Source: Candidatus Levybacteria bacterium RIFCSPHIGHO2_01_FULL_37_17 (GTDB taxonomy: Bacteria; Patescibacteriota; Microgenomatia; Levybacterales; UBA12049). From it: a stretch of DNA of 58,864 nt. The notes beneath the pieces are model-generated. The model had not been told where the DNA came from and made no database searches. It saw nothing but the letters and a program-made list of their open reading frames with translations. This document shows, one piece after another, positions 1-9,504 of the stretch; positions within the stretch are counted from its first letter, which is position 1, and each line of letters starts with the position of its first letter. The position numbers and the translations under genes are program-made. The stretch is taken from positions 1-58,864 of the forward strand of contig MFNL01000002.1 of assembly GCA_001782035.1 (NCBI GenBank), in the 5' to 3' direction.

Positions 1-915
1 GATCTAAACTGGAACATAAGATCCTTTTTCGAACAGTTTAAAAAAGCAGACTTTCTTGCTCTTTTTATACCCGTAATTTTCTATTTATTTTTACGGTTTT
101 TTGCCAACAGTCATTGGTTTTCCGGGGATTACAATTACGACCTTGTAAAACTCCCTTTTAATGTTGTCGGAAATCTTTTAGGTTATGGCGCAATATCATC
201 ACTAGGCCCTTCGGTTTTAGGAGCTTATGAAAGTATCAGGATATTTCTGCGGGGAAATATTCTGCTATCTATTGTTTTGGTTTTGTCAGGCATTGCTTCC
301 CTTGTATTCCTTATTAGGTCAACAAAATCTTATTTTAATAACAAAGAAAAAAGAGTGTTATTTTTTGGATTTACATTTTTTATAATATCTCTTCTTCCAT
401 TTTTAGGGCTGGGAAATATAACTTTTAGATATAGCTATTTGGCGACTATGGGCATGGTATTTATCTTAGTTGTCTTGTTTAAAAAGGTTTATAATTTTCT
501 TTTGGAGAACGGAAGAAATGTTGCTTTAGTCTCGCTTACCGTTTTGCTTCTTTTATATGGATTATTTCATCTGATTTCTTTCCAGCAAACTGCTGCGAAT
601 TGGGCAGGCGCTTCTTTTAGAGTCAAAAATTTCTTTATAAGCTTTGACTCTTATTACCGAGACTATTGGTCGCAAGATGAGCTTGAATTCCATTTTGTTG
701 ACGTCCCTATAAGAAGAGGTGAGGCATGGATATTTCCAGTAGGGCTTCCAGATGCAGTTTGGTTTGCGGTGCGTAATGATAAGGCAGACGTATTTATTGA
801 CAAAGACGTTAATGCTGCTTTGCAGAATATAGAAAATCCATTGAAAGATAAAATATTCATATTTACAGATCTTGGTATGCTAGAAGAAGTTAAGATAAAT
901 ACAAAAAACAGATAA
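1..915 (+). CDS. Polytopic membrane protein, C-terminal part (5' end outside window); possibly GT-C-type glycosyltransferase
   Basis: Frame 1 is open from nt 1 to the TAA at 913-915. The TTG at 277 in the ORF track is only the first start-like codon inside an ORF that runs off the window edge. Hydrophobic helices are followed by a soluble tail, and the gene abuts (TAA then ATG) a GT39-like gene. Confidence 0.45.
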   Translation, partial: DLNWNIRSFFEQFKKADFLALFIPVIFYLFLRFFANSHWFSGDYNYDLVKLPFNVVGNLLGYGAISSLGPSVLGAYESIRIFLRGNILLSIVLVLSGIASLVFLIRSTKSYFNNKEKRVLFFGFTFFIISLLPFLGLGNITFRYSYLATMGMVFILVVLFKKVYNFLLENGRNVALVSLTVLLLLYGLFHLISFQQTAANWAGASFRVKNFFISFDSYYRDYWSQDELEFHFVDVPIRRGEAWIFPVGLPDAVWFAVRNDKADVFIDKDVNAALQNIENPLKDKIFIFTDLGMLEEVKINTKNR

Positions 916-2355
916 ATGAGATGGCCTCCGAATGCTAACATTCTAATACTCTGCGTCTTACTTTTCTTAGGATTTGCGTTAAGGTTATATAAGTTTGATA
1001 GTCCTGTTGCTGACTGGCATAGCTGGCGTCAGGCAGACACATCTTCTGTTTCCAAAACTTTTGTGCAGGAAGGGTTTAACCTGCTTGTCCCACGGTACCA
1101 CGATTTGTCCAATGTACCATCAGGAAGATACGATAATCCGGAAGGCTTCCGGTTTGTAGAATTTCCCATTTATAACCTATTACAGGGTGGTTTTTACAAA
1201 CTTGTCGGAATTTTAACATTAGAAGAGTGGGGAAGACTCGTAACGATATTTTCTTCGCTAACCGCAGCAGTTTTTTTATATTTAATTTTTTCAGAGCGAA
1301 AGCAAAGGACCCTTGGTTTGACTGCTTCCTTTTTCTTTCTTTTTATCCCATTTAATATTTATTACGCCAGAGTTATTTTGCCAGACATGACAATGGTAAT
1401 GGCAGTGCTTGCGGCAACTTTTTTTTTCCAAAAATGGCTCGGTCAAAAACAATTTACAATTTACAATTTACAATTTACAATTTCGTTAATTTCCATGGCT
1501 TTGGCCTTACTTCTTAAGCCTTACGCCTTATTTTTTACGTTACCGCTAATTTATCTTGCTTACGAAAAATTTGGAAAAGACTTGTACAAAAAGTGGCCAC
1601 TTTGGATATATTCTACAGTTGCTCTAACTCCTCTTTTCTTATGGAGGATATGGATGCTTAATTTTCCGGAAGGTATCCCACAAAGCGTATGGCTCTTAAA
1701 TGGAAACGGGATAAGATTTCGGCCTGCTTTTTTCCGCTGGATAATTTTTGAGAGGCTTATAAAGCTTATTAGCGGATATTTTGGGGCAATTATTTTTGTA
1801 GCAGGAATTTTTTTCTTAGCTAAGCGTAAAGATAAATGGTTGATATTAAGTTTTGCGCTATCCTCAATTGCTTACATAACAGTTTTTGCAACAGGAAATG
1901 TTCAACACGATTATTACCAGATTCTTGTAATGCCGACCGTTTCAATATTTTTTGCCTTAGGTGCTATCTTTCTATTTAAACTTAAATACAATAAGCTTCA
2001 ATTTGGCAAAGTGCTTCTGTTAATAAGCATGATAGGACTTTTTTATTTCGGATGGAGGGAGGTAAAGGACTATTACAATATAAATAATCCCGCAATAATT
2101 TCTGCAGGAAAAGCAGTTGATAGGCTTACGCCTAAAGATGCAAAAGTTATTGCATTGTATAATGGAGACACGACTTTTCTTTACCAAACGCAAAGACGCG
2201 GCTGGGCAAGCTGGCAGGACTCACTGCCTGTTATGATTAAAAAAGGCGCAGAGTATCTAGCTATTGTAAGTCCGAATGAGGCGGAACTGGAATTTGCCAA
2301 TACTTATGCGATAGTTGAAAAGACAGAGATATACGTTATTTATAAATTAAAATGA
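916..2355 (+). CDS. GT-C fold membrane glycosyltransferase (ArnT/PMT, GT39-like)
   Basis: 479 aa with many hydrophobic helices. The first loop 'PVADWHSWRQADTSSVSKTF' resembles the acidic first-loop motif of ArnT/PMT-type enzymes, and there is a soluble C-terminal tail. Contains the heptamer repeat at 1450-1484. Confidence 0.65.
   Translation: MRWPPNANILILCVLLFLGFALRLYKFDSPVADWHSWRQADTSSVSKTFVQEGFNLLVPRYHDLSNVPSGRYDNPEGFRFVEFPIYNLLQGGFYKLVGILTLEEWGRLVTIFSSLTAAVFLYLIFSERKQRTLGLTASFFFLFIPFNIYYARVILPDMTMVMAVLAATFFFQKWLGQKQFTIYNLQFTISLISMALALLLKPYALFFTLPLIYLAYEKFGKDLYKKWPLWIYSTVALTPLFLWRIWMLNFPEGIPQSVWLLNGNGIRFRPAFFRWIIFERLIKLISGYFGAIIFVAGIFFLAKRKDKWLILSFALSSIAYITVFATGNVQHDYYQILVMPTVSIFFALGAIFLFKLKYNKLQFGKVLLLISMIGLFYFGWREVKDYYNINNPAIISAGKAVDRLTPKDAKVIALYNGDTTFLYQTQRRGWASWQDSLPVMIKKGAEYLAIVSPNEAELEFANTYAIVEKTEIYVIYKLK
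1450..1484 (+). repeat. Heptanucleotide tandem repeat (CAATTTA)x4 + CAATTTC, 35 nt, inside a CDS
   Basis: Read directly: caattta caattta caattta caattta caatttc. It encodes QFTIYNLQFTI. The unit length is not divisible by 3. Confidence 0.9.
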
Positions 2356-3539
2356 AAATTTTAATGGTCTCATCATTTTTACCTTTTCCTCTAACTTCAG
2401 GAGGACACATTAGGCTTTATAACCTAATTAAAAACCTTTCCGAAAAACATGATATAACCCTTGTTTGCGAAAAAAGAGAACACCAGACAGAAGAAGATTT
2501 GGAAGAGTTGAAGAAAATCTGTAAAAAAGTTCTTACAGTAGCAAGAAAAAAACAATGGAGCGCCCCAAACATTCTAAAAACGGGTTTTTCAACAGATCCT
2601 TTTCTTCTTGTGGGACATAAAAGCGAGGAAATGAAAAATTTAATTAGAGATGAGCTTGTGCGGGAAAGTTATGATTTAATACATGTTGAAACTTTTTACG
2701 TATTGCAAAACATTCCAAAGACCTCTTTGCCAAAAGTTTTAGTAGAGCACAACATTGAATACCTTGTTTACAAAAAATATTCTGATTTGGCCTCACCCTT
2801 ACTGCGCCCGCTTTTATACATTGATGTTTTGAAAATAAGAAAGAAAGAAGAAGCATCGTGGAGAGCGTCTAATAAGCTGGTTGCGGTGTCCGAAGTTGAA
2901 AAAAAAATAATGAAAAGGCCTGATGTTGTGGTTGTGCCAAACGGGGTTGATGTTAAAAAATTTCTATTTAGAAGTTTTGAAAAAATAGGTGATGAGAAAA
3001 GAGTCCTTTTTATTGGAGATTTTAAGTGGCTGCAGAATAGAGATGCGCTTGATTTTATCTTAAAAGATATTTGGCCAAAAGTTCTGCAAGAGCTTAACCA
3101 GCTAAACAAAAAATTGGATTTAAAGCTCTGGGTTGTTGGGAAAAATATTCCCGAAAATCTTAAAAGTTATGAGTCTGATAGCATTATGTTTGAAAAAAAT
3201 CAGAAAATGGAAACACAGGACATTTTCAGAAAATCTTATTTACTTCTTGCACCACTTAGGGTTGCCGGGGGAACCAGTTATAAAGTTCTTGAGGCTTTTG
3301 CCACTGGAGTTGGAGTAGTAACGACCAACCTTGGTGTAGAGGGACTTGGTGCAAAAGACGGAGTCCATGTTTTAACAGCACAAGATTCAATAAATCTGGC
3401 CAATTGTGTAGTAAACCTTTTACTAGATTCAAGCTTGTACCGAAAGCTTACGCATAATAGCAGAAAGTTTGTAGAAGAGAATTACGATTGGGAAGAAATT
3501 GCCGCAAAGCTGGAGAAGGTATACATGTCGGCTTTATAA
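2352..3539 (+). CDS. Glycosyltransferase family 4 (GT-B)
   Basis: N-terminus MKILMVSSFLPFPLTSGGH. C-terminal 'GGTSYKVLEAFATGVGVVTT' is an E-x7-E-type signature. ATGA overlap with the upstream gene. Confidence 0.8.
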   Translation: MKILMVSSFLPFPLTSGGHIRLYNLIKNLSEKHDITLVCEKREHQTEEDLEELKKICKKVLTVARKKQWSAPNILKTGFSTDPFLLVGHKSEEMKNLIRDELVRESYDLIHVETFYVLQNIPKTSLPKVLVEHNIEYLVYKKYSDLASPLLRPLLYIDVLKIRKKEEASWRASNKLVAVSEVEKKIMKRPDVVVVPNGVDVKKFLFRSFEKIGDEKRVLFIGDFKWLQNRDALDFILKDIWPKVLQELNQLNKKLDLKLWVVGKNIPENLKSYESDSIMFEKNQKMETQDIFRKSYLLLAPLRVAGGTSYKVLEAFATGVGVVTTNLGVEGLGAKDGVHVLTAQDSINLANCVVNLLLDSSLYRKLTHNSRKFVEENYDWEEIAAKLEKVYMSAL

Positions 3540-3568
3540 ATAGAGCGCACTTATCTATAATTAAACTC

Positions 3569-4681
3569 ATGCTTATTGGAATTGACTGCCGACTTTGGAA
3601 CCAGACAGGGGTTGGAAGGTATACAAGAAATCTTGTTCAAAGACTTGAAGAGATTGATAAGCATAATGAATATATATTATTTTTTAGACAGGAAGATAAA
3701 AAAGAATTCAAAATTCAAAATTTAAAATTCAAAATTCAAACCGCTGACTTTGCCTGGCACAGTTTAGAAGAGCAAATTGATTTTCCAAGACTTCTTGGAA
3801 AATATAGCCTTGATTTAATGCATTTTCCTTATTTTAGTGTTCCTTTGTTTTATAAAAAACCTTATGTTGTAACAATTCATGATTTAATTGTTAATAAATT
3901 CAGCACAGGAAAAGCTTCAACTCTTCCATATTTTTTGTACCGACTAAAAAGAGTAGGATATAAAATAGTTGTTTCAAATGCGCTAAAAAACGCTAAAAAA
4001 ATAATTACTCCTTCAAATGCCGTAAAACAAGATATTTTGCAAAATTACAAAAACATTAACTCGGAGAAAATTGACGTAACCTATGAAGGAGGGATTGAGC
4101 AAATTTCCAAACTCAGAGCTTTGAACTTGGAATTACCAAAGGGGAAGTATATTTTGAGAGTTGGGAATTTTTATCCTCATAAAAATATTGAGACATTACT
4201 TTCTGCATTTAAAAGTTTTTCAATAAGTTTTCCTGATTTTAAGCTTGTATTAGTGGGTAAAAAAGACTTTTTCTATAAGAAAATTGAGAAACAAATTGAA
4301 TTACTTGAAATAAAGAGGAGCGTTGAATTTATTGAAAATCCCCAAGATTCCTTGCTTTTTTCTTTATACAAAAATGCAACCGCAACTGTAGTGCCTTCCT
4401 TTATGGAAGGCTTTTCTCTTACAGCGGTTGAAGCGATGGGGGTAGGTTGTCCCCTGATTGTATCCGATATTTCCGTTCACAGAGAAATTTGCGGAAACTC
4501 TGCTTTATTTTTTGACGCAAGCGAAAAAGAAGAATTAACCTTGGCACTAACGGAGATTGTAAGGAACAATAAAATAAGAGAGGAACTAATAAAAAAAGGC
4601 AGAACGCAAGCGAAAAAATACTCATGGGGAAAAATGGCAGAGCAGACTTTAACGATTTATACTTCGATAAACTCAGCATAA
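3569..4681 (+). CDS. Glycosyltransferase family 4 (GT-B)
   Basis: Start moved from 3488 to the in-frame ATG at 3569. This gives MLIGIDCRLWNQTGVGRYTRNL, a typical GT4 N-terminus, and removes a 52-nt overlap. 'VPSFMEGFSLTAVEAMGVGCPLIVSD' motif. Contains the heptamer repeat at 3705-3739. Confidence 0.8.
   Translation: MLIGIDCRLWNQTGVGRYTRNLVQRLEEIDKHNEYILFFRQEDKKEFKIQNLKFKIQTADFAWHSLEEQIDFPRLLGKYSLDLMHFPYFSVPLFYKKPYVVTIHDLIVNKFSTGKASTLPYFLYRLKRVGYKIVVSNALKNAKKIITPSNAVKQDILQNYKNINSEKIDVTYEGGIEQISKLRALNLELPKGKYILRVGNFYPHKNIETLLSAFKSFSISFPDFKLVLVGKKDFFYKKIEKQIELLEIKRSVEFIENPQDSLLFSLYKNATATVVPSFMEGFSLTAVEAMGVGCPLIVSDISVHREICGNSALFFDASEKEELTLALTEIVRNNKIREELIKKGRTQAKKYSWGKMAEQTLTIYTSINSA
3705..3739 (+). 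repeat. Heptanucleotide tandem repeat (AATTCAA)2-AATTTAA-(AATTCAA)2, 35 nt, inside a CDS
   Basis: Read directly. It encodes FKIQNLKFKIQ. The unit length is not divisible by 3. Confidence 0.9.
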
Positions 4682-4688
4682 ATTTAAC

Positions 4689-5750
4689 ATGAAAGTTGCT
4701 CTTGTATACGATCGGGTTAACAAGTGGGGAGGCGCAGAGAGGTTACTGCTTTCACTTCACAAGATTTTTCCTTCAGCAGATCTTTTTACCTCCGTATATA
4801 AGCCAAAAACAGCCCCCTGGGCGAATGTTTTTAAAGTTAAGCATTCATTTCTTCAGAATTTTCCAATAGCCAAAACCGCTCATGAGCTTTATGCCCCTTT
4901 TATGCCCTTGGCTTTTGAAAGCTTTAATTTCGAAGACTACGATTTGGTTATTTCTTTAACAAGCGAGGCCGCAAAAGGCATTATTACAAAACCCGGTACA
5001 CTTCATATTTGCTACTGTTTAACCCCTACAAGATATTTATGGAGTGGTTATGATATTTATTTTAAAAACCTGCTTTTAAGACTATTATCCGCACCCCTAG
5101 TTTCATATCTAAGGAATTGGGATAGAGTTGCATCACAGCGTCCAGATGAATATATCGCAATTTCAGCCGAAGTAAGCAAAAGAATCAAAAAATATTACAA
5201 AAGGTCCTCCCAAGTTATTTTTCCTCCCCTTTCGATTTCTGATGCAACTCCTAAGCTTCCAGAGGCAAGAGACTATTTTCTAATAGTATCCAGACTTGTT
5301 GCTTATAAAAAGATTGATTTAGCCGTAAAAGTGTTTAATAAATTAAAACTACCACTTGTAATTATTGGAACAGGCTGGGAAGAAGCTAGTTTAAAAAGCA
5401 AAGCGAAAGACAACGTCACGTTTTTAAAAAATCTTAGAGACGAAGAGCTTTACGGCTATTATATAAACTCAAAAGCATTAGTTTTTCCCGGTAAGGAAGA
5501 TTTTGGCTTGTCTATGGCTGAAGCTCAATTTTTTGGAAAACCTGTTATAGCATTTGGGGAGGGAGGAGCTTTGGATATAATTAAAGAGGGAATAACTGGT
5601 GTATATTTCAAGTCCGAAGATGAGCTTATGAATATATTGGAAAATTTCAACGCCAGCCTATATAATAAGGAAGCTTGTGTAGAAAATTCGCAAAGGTTTT
5701 CTTTTAAGAATTTCAAAAAAGAACTGCTCAATTTTATAGAAAAAGTATGA
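4689..5750 (+). CDS. Glycosyltransferase family 4 (GT-B)
   Basis: MKVALVYDRVNKWGGAERLL N-terminus and the 'FPGKEDFGLSMAEAQFFGKPVIAF' motif. Confidence 0.8.
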   Translation: MKVALVYDRVNKWGGAERLLLSLHKIFPSADLFTSVYKPKTAPWANVFKVKHSFLQNFPIAKTAHELYAPFMPLAFESFNFEDYDLVISLTSEAAKGIITKPGTLHICYCLTPTRYLWSGYDIYFKNLLLRLLSAPLVSYLRNWDRVASQRPDEYIAISAEVSKRIKKYYKRSSQVIFPPLSISDATPKLPEARDYFLIVSRLVAYKKIDLAVKVFNKLKLPLVIIGTGWEEASLKSKAKDNVTFLKNLRDEELYGYYINSKALVFPGKEDFGLSMAEAQFFGKPVIAFGEGGALDIIKEGITGVYFKSEDELMNILENFNASLYNKEACVENSQRFSFKNFKKELLNFIEKV

Positions 5751-6829
5751 AAGTAATTATTTTTGCAGGAGGTGTTGGAACCAGGCTCTGGCCGCTTTCG
5801 AGGAAAAGTACTCCGAAACAATTCGAGAAAATAATAGGCGATAAATCTACTCTACAGCTTGCAGTAGATAGGCTCCAACCAGATTTTAAATATAAGGATA
5901 TATATGTTTCAACAGGAAAGAAATATAAGGAAATTCTTCTTTCTCACCTGCCTCAAATACCACCTGAAAATTTTATTTTTGAGCCCGAGATGAGGGATGT
6001 TGGGCCAGCGGTAGGGCTTGCCCTATCATTGGTTGGAAAGAAAAATCCTAAAGAGCCTGTTGCAATAATCTGGAGCGACCACTTTGTTAAAAAAGAGAGA
6101 AGGTTTAGGGAAGTTTTGGGTTTTGCCCAAACATTAGTTTCCAAAGATCCGCAAAAGCTTATATTTATAGGCCAAAGAGCTAGATTTGCAAATCAAAACC
6201 TGGGATGGATAGAATTTGGCGATGAGGTTGATAATATAAGGGAGACTAAGGTTTTTCAGTTTAAAAGACTCATTTACAGACCTTCGCTTGAGGAAGCACA
6301 AAAATTTTTAGAAGATCAAACGTTTGCATGGAATCCTGGATATTTTGTTACGACGCCGGAGTTTATACTCTCTCAATATAAAAAATTCTCACCGAAACTT
6401 TGGGAAGGAATTTCCGAAATTCAACAAAGTTATGGAACTGTAGATTTTGAACGCGTTTTTCATAAGGTGTATCCTAGTCTTGAAAAAATAAGTTTTGATA
6501 ACGCAATTCTGGAAAAATTAAACCCGGAAAAAGTATTTGTAATTGCCGCAGATTTGGGGTGGAGCGACGTCGGGGCATGGGAGGCTTTAAAAGAAGCTTT
6601 GCAAATATCAATTCATGAAAATGTAACCCAGGGAAAAGTTATGTTAACTGACAGCAGCGATAATTTAGTTTTTAATTATACTGATCAACTTACGGTTGGC
6701 ATAGATCTAGATAAAATTATTGTTATAAATACCGATGATGTTTTGCTAGTCTGCACCAAAGGCTCTGTCCCAAAAATTAAAAAACTTGTCGAGAGCTTAT
6801 CGGGGACTGAATACGAGGACTTGATCTAA
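5747..6829 (+). CDS. Mannose-1-phosphate guanylyltransferase-like sugar nucleotidyltransferase
   Basis: N-terminal 'IIFAGGVGTRLWPLSRKSTPKQF' nucleotidyltransferase signature as in ManC/CpsB. 360 aa, with no C-terminal isomerase domain. ATGA overlap with the upstream gene. Confidence 0.75.
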   Translation: MKVIIFAGGVGTRLWPLSRKSTPKQFEKIIGDKSTLQLAVDRLQPDFKYKDIYVSTGKKYKEILLSHLPQIPPENFIFEPEMRDVGPAVGLALSLVGKKNPKEPVAIIWSDHFVKKERRFREVLGFAQTLVSKDPQKLIFIGQRARFANQNLGWIEFGDEVDNIRETKVFQFKRLIYRPSLEEAQKFLEDQTFAWNPGYFVTTPEFILSQYKKFSPKLWEGISEIQQSYGTVDFERVFHKVYPSLEKISFDNAILEKLNPEKVFVIAADLGWSDVGAWEALKEALQISIHENVTQGKVMLTDSSDNLVFNYTDQLTVGIDLDKIIVINTDDVLLVCTKGSVPKIKKLVESLSGTEYEDLI

Positions 6830-6831
6830 TT

Positions 6832-7488
6832 ATGGAGACAGAAAAGAGCGGATTTTACGAGAAAACAAAAAGACTTATCGATATAATATTTTCTCTTCTT
6901 CTAATAATTTTATTTTCGCCTCTTATATTAGCTGTATCAGTTTTTATAAAACTAGACTCAAAAGGACCAATTTTAGCCGATACTCCAAAACGGGTCGGAA
7001 AAAATGGCAAGCTCTTTAAAATGTATAAGTTTAGAAGTATGGTACAAAACGCACACAGACTGTTGCGAAGGAATCCAGCATTCTCTGAGCTTTTTCATGA
7101 ATATAAAAAGGGAAGTTATAAATTAAAAGATGATCCAAGGATAACAAAAGTAGGCCGATTTATCAGAAAACATTCTTTGGATGAAGTTCCTCAGTTCTTT
7201 AATATTTTAAAAGGTGAAATGAGCCTGGTTGGCCCCAGAGCTTACTATCCTGACGAGCTTGAGGAACAGCAGAAACAGTATCCTCATACAAGAGGAGCGG
7301 TTGATGTAGTACTATCGGTGAAACCCGGATTAACAGGCTATTGGCAAGTTTCAGGCAGATCGGAGATAAACTTTGATAAAAGAATAGAAATGGATGCACA
7401 TTATGTAAAAAAACGCTCAATTATTTACGATTTGTGGATAATACTTAAGACTCCCTGGGCCATGATTTCCGGAAAAGGAGCTCTGTAG
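6832..7488 (+). CDS. Polyprenyl-phosphate sugar phosphotransferase (bacterial sugar transferase, WbaP/PglC-like initiating enzyme)
   Basis: One N-terminal TM helix, then 'KMYKFRSM', 'DEVPQFFNILKGEMSLVGPRA' and 'GLTGYWQVSGRS', the hallmark motifs of the family. Confidence 0.85.
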   Translation: METEKSGFYEKTKRLIDIIFSLLLIILFSPLILAVSVFIKLDSKGPILADTPKRVGKNGKLFKMYKFRSMVQNAHRLLRRNPAFSELFHEYKKGSYKLKDDPRITKVGRFIRKHSLDEVPQFFNILKGEMSLVGPRAYYPDELEEQQKQYPHTRGAVDVVLSVKPGLTGYWQVSGRSEINFDKRIEMDAHYVKKRSIIYDLWIILKTPWAMISGKGAL

Positions 7489-7490
7489 CC

Positions 7491-7520
7491 TTGACACCTA
7501 CCCGCAATTACCACTACAAT
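7491..7520 (+). promoter_or_regulatory. Sigma70-type promoter TTGACA-N18-TACAAT, 7 nt before GTG 7528
   Basis: TTGACA at 7491-7496 and TACAAT at 7515-7520. The predicted TSS coincides with the start codon. Confidence 0.6.
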
Positions 7521-7527
7521 AATCTGT

Positions 7528-9504
7528 GTGGATTCTATTGATAAAATTAACTTTGACACCCCAACACAAAAAGAAGACTCAACCGTTCTAAATAATAGCG
7601 AGTCTTTTAATACAAATACCTCAATGACACTCAAAAATAAACTCAAAAAGTTTTTTAGCACACGAAGAGGAAGACGCTCTCTTATCGTAACCGTAGTTAT
7701 AATTGCATTTCTTATTCTTGTGACCGTGCAGGGCTTAGCAGTTTATGCTGCAGCCAAAGCTACTTACGCGCAAGCAAAGCTTGCAATAGATGCTGTAAAA
7801 AAACAGAATATTTCGCTTGCCTCTTCTGAGCTTTCAAAAACTAAAGAAAAACTTCTTGTTACTCAAAAAGCGCTTCATTCAATGGTCTATCTTAAATTTA
7901 TTCCTATAGCTTCTTGGTATTACAACGACGCAGATCATTTAGTTAACGCAGGTTTTCATGGATTGGACGGAGCAACTATTTTAATTAAATCTGTTGAGCC
8001 TTATGCAGACCTGTTGGGTCTTAAGGGGCAGGGAAGCTTTGTGGGCGGGACTGCTCAACAGCGCGTAGAAACTGCAGTAAAAACAATGGGAAAAATAACC
8101 CCAAACATAGATAAAATCGCTGATAAATTATCCCTTGCCCAAAAAGAAATTGACCAAGTTAAGCCAGGTCATTACCCCGCAATCGGGCCGGGGGCCAAAG
8201 TAAGAAACGGTCTTGAAAATCTTAAAACCATGGCAGATCAGGGCGTTTCTGTAATAAATAGTTCTAAGCCTCTTATAAAAATTCTTCCTGAACTTCTGGG
8301 AGAGCCTAAAGAGAAAAAGTATTTGATACTTTTCCAAAACGACAAAGAATTACGTCCTACAGGTGGATTTCTAACTGCGTATTCAATTTTTAGGTTAGAT
8401 AGTGGAGTAGTCCACGTAGATAATTCAAGCGACATTTATAATTTAGATGATACAATTTCTGGCAAACAAGCGGCTCCAGAAGTAATCCAAAAATATTTAG
8501 AAGTAAGAAGCCTTAATTTACGTGACAGTAATCTTTCGCCTGATTTTAAAGTTTCTATGGAAGAATTTACTAAGCTTTACAATCGCGCTCCTGGAAAGGT
8601 AGAAGTTGATGGGATAATTGCAGTTGATACCCAGGCTTTGGTTGCTGCTATGAATATCTTAGGTGATATTCAGGCAGCCGGAAAAACCTTTACTACAAAG
8701 GAGGATCCACGGTGCGGAGGATGCCCGCAGGTTATATATGAGCTTGAAGACTATTCGTCCCGTCCGGTTGGTTACGTAAGAACCGAGAGAAAAGATTTAA
8801 TTGGAGTTTTAATGTATGAGATCATGAATAAGGCATTTTCTTCATCTCCTAAAATTTACTGGGGCCCGCTTTTTCAGGCGATGTTAGCACAGATGTCGGA
8901 GAAGCACATTTTATTTAATATGTACGATGCCCAAGCGCAAAAAGGACTTGAAGCTTTTAGTGCCGCAGGGCGAATTATCCCTTTCGAGGGTGACTATTTG
9001 CACATCAATCAGGCTAATTTAGGCGGAGCAAAATCAAACATGTTTGTATCTTGGGAAGTCACTGAGGATTATCAAGTAGGCTCAGATGGGGTAATTACCA
9101 AAACGGTTACACTAGATTATAAAAATCCATATCCGCCATCCGATTGTAATTTAGAGAGGGGTAACCTTTGCCTAAATGCAGTGTTGCGTGATTGGGTAAG
9201 AGTTTATGTACCTAAAGGAAGTAAGTTAGTTGATTCTGTTGGAAGCGAGGTAACCATGAAAACATATGAAGAACTTGGGAAAACAGTTTTTGAAGGCTTT
9301 TTAACAGTCAGGCCGAAGGGAACAGCTAAGTTAAAAATTATATACAAACTACCTTTTAAGCTTGCAGAGGGTTCAACGCTACCTTTGCTTATTCAAAAAC
9401 AACCTGGAACATTGGCTGAACTGCATACTATAAATTCAGGCTCGAAAAAGCTTGAGCAGTTTAGTCTTTCTAGCGACAAGACACTCAATTTGAAAGTAAG
9501 ATAA
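7528..9504 (+). CDS. DUF4012-like secreted/membrane-anchored protein of polysaccharide loci
   Basis: N-terminal TM helix (LIVTVVIIAFLILVTVQGLAVYA) and the 'LFQNDKELRPTGGFLTAYS' motif typical of DUF4012. The start is uncertain: GTG 7528 (leaderless) or ATG 7624. Confidence 0.55.
   Translation: MDSIDKINFDTPTQKEDSTVLNNSESFNTNTSMTLKNKLKKFFSTRRGRRSLIVTVVIIAFLILVTVQGLAVYAAAKATYAQAKLAIDAVKKQNISLASSELSKTKEKLLVTQKALHSMVYLKFIPIASWYYNDADHLVNAGFHGLDGATILIKSVEPYADLLGLKGQGSFVGGTAQQRVETAVKTMGKITPNIDKIADKLSLAQKEIDQVKPGHYPAIGPGAKVRNGLENLKTMADQGVSVINSSKPLIKILPELLGEPKEKKYLILFQNDKELRPTGGFLTAYSIFRLDSGVVHVDNSSDIYNLDDTISGKQAAPEVIQKYLEVRSLNLRDSNLSPDFKVSMEEFTKLYNRAPGKVEVDGIIAVDTQALVAAMNILGDIQAAGKTFTTKEDPRCGGCPQVIYELEDYSSRPVGYVRTERKDLIGVLMYEIMNKAFSSSPKIYWGPLFQAMLAQMSEKHILFNMYDAQAQKGLEAFSAAGRIIPFEGDYLHINQANLGGAKSNMFVSWEVTEDYQVGSDGVITKTVTLDYKNPYPPSDCNLERGNLCLNAVLRDWVRVYVPKGSKLVDSVGSEVTMKTYEELGKTVFEGFLTVRPKGTAKLKIIYKLPFKLAEGSTLPLLIQKQPGTLAELHTINSGSKKLEQFSLSSDKTLNLKVR

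Noticed and set aside
3488-3568. Upstream extension of the GT4 ORF (track start 3488)
   Set aside because: It would overlap the preceding GT4 gene by 52 nt and add a non-GT4-like N-terminus. The in-frame ATG at 3569 gives the canonical MLIGIDCRLW... start.
1450-3739. The heptamer arrays as a CRISPR array or other spaced repeat array
   Set aside because: The units are directly tandem with no spacers, only 35 nt long, and lie in frame inside long ORFs. There are no cas genes in the window.
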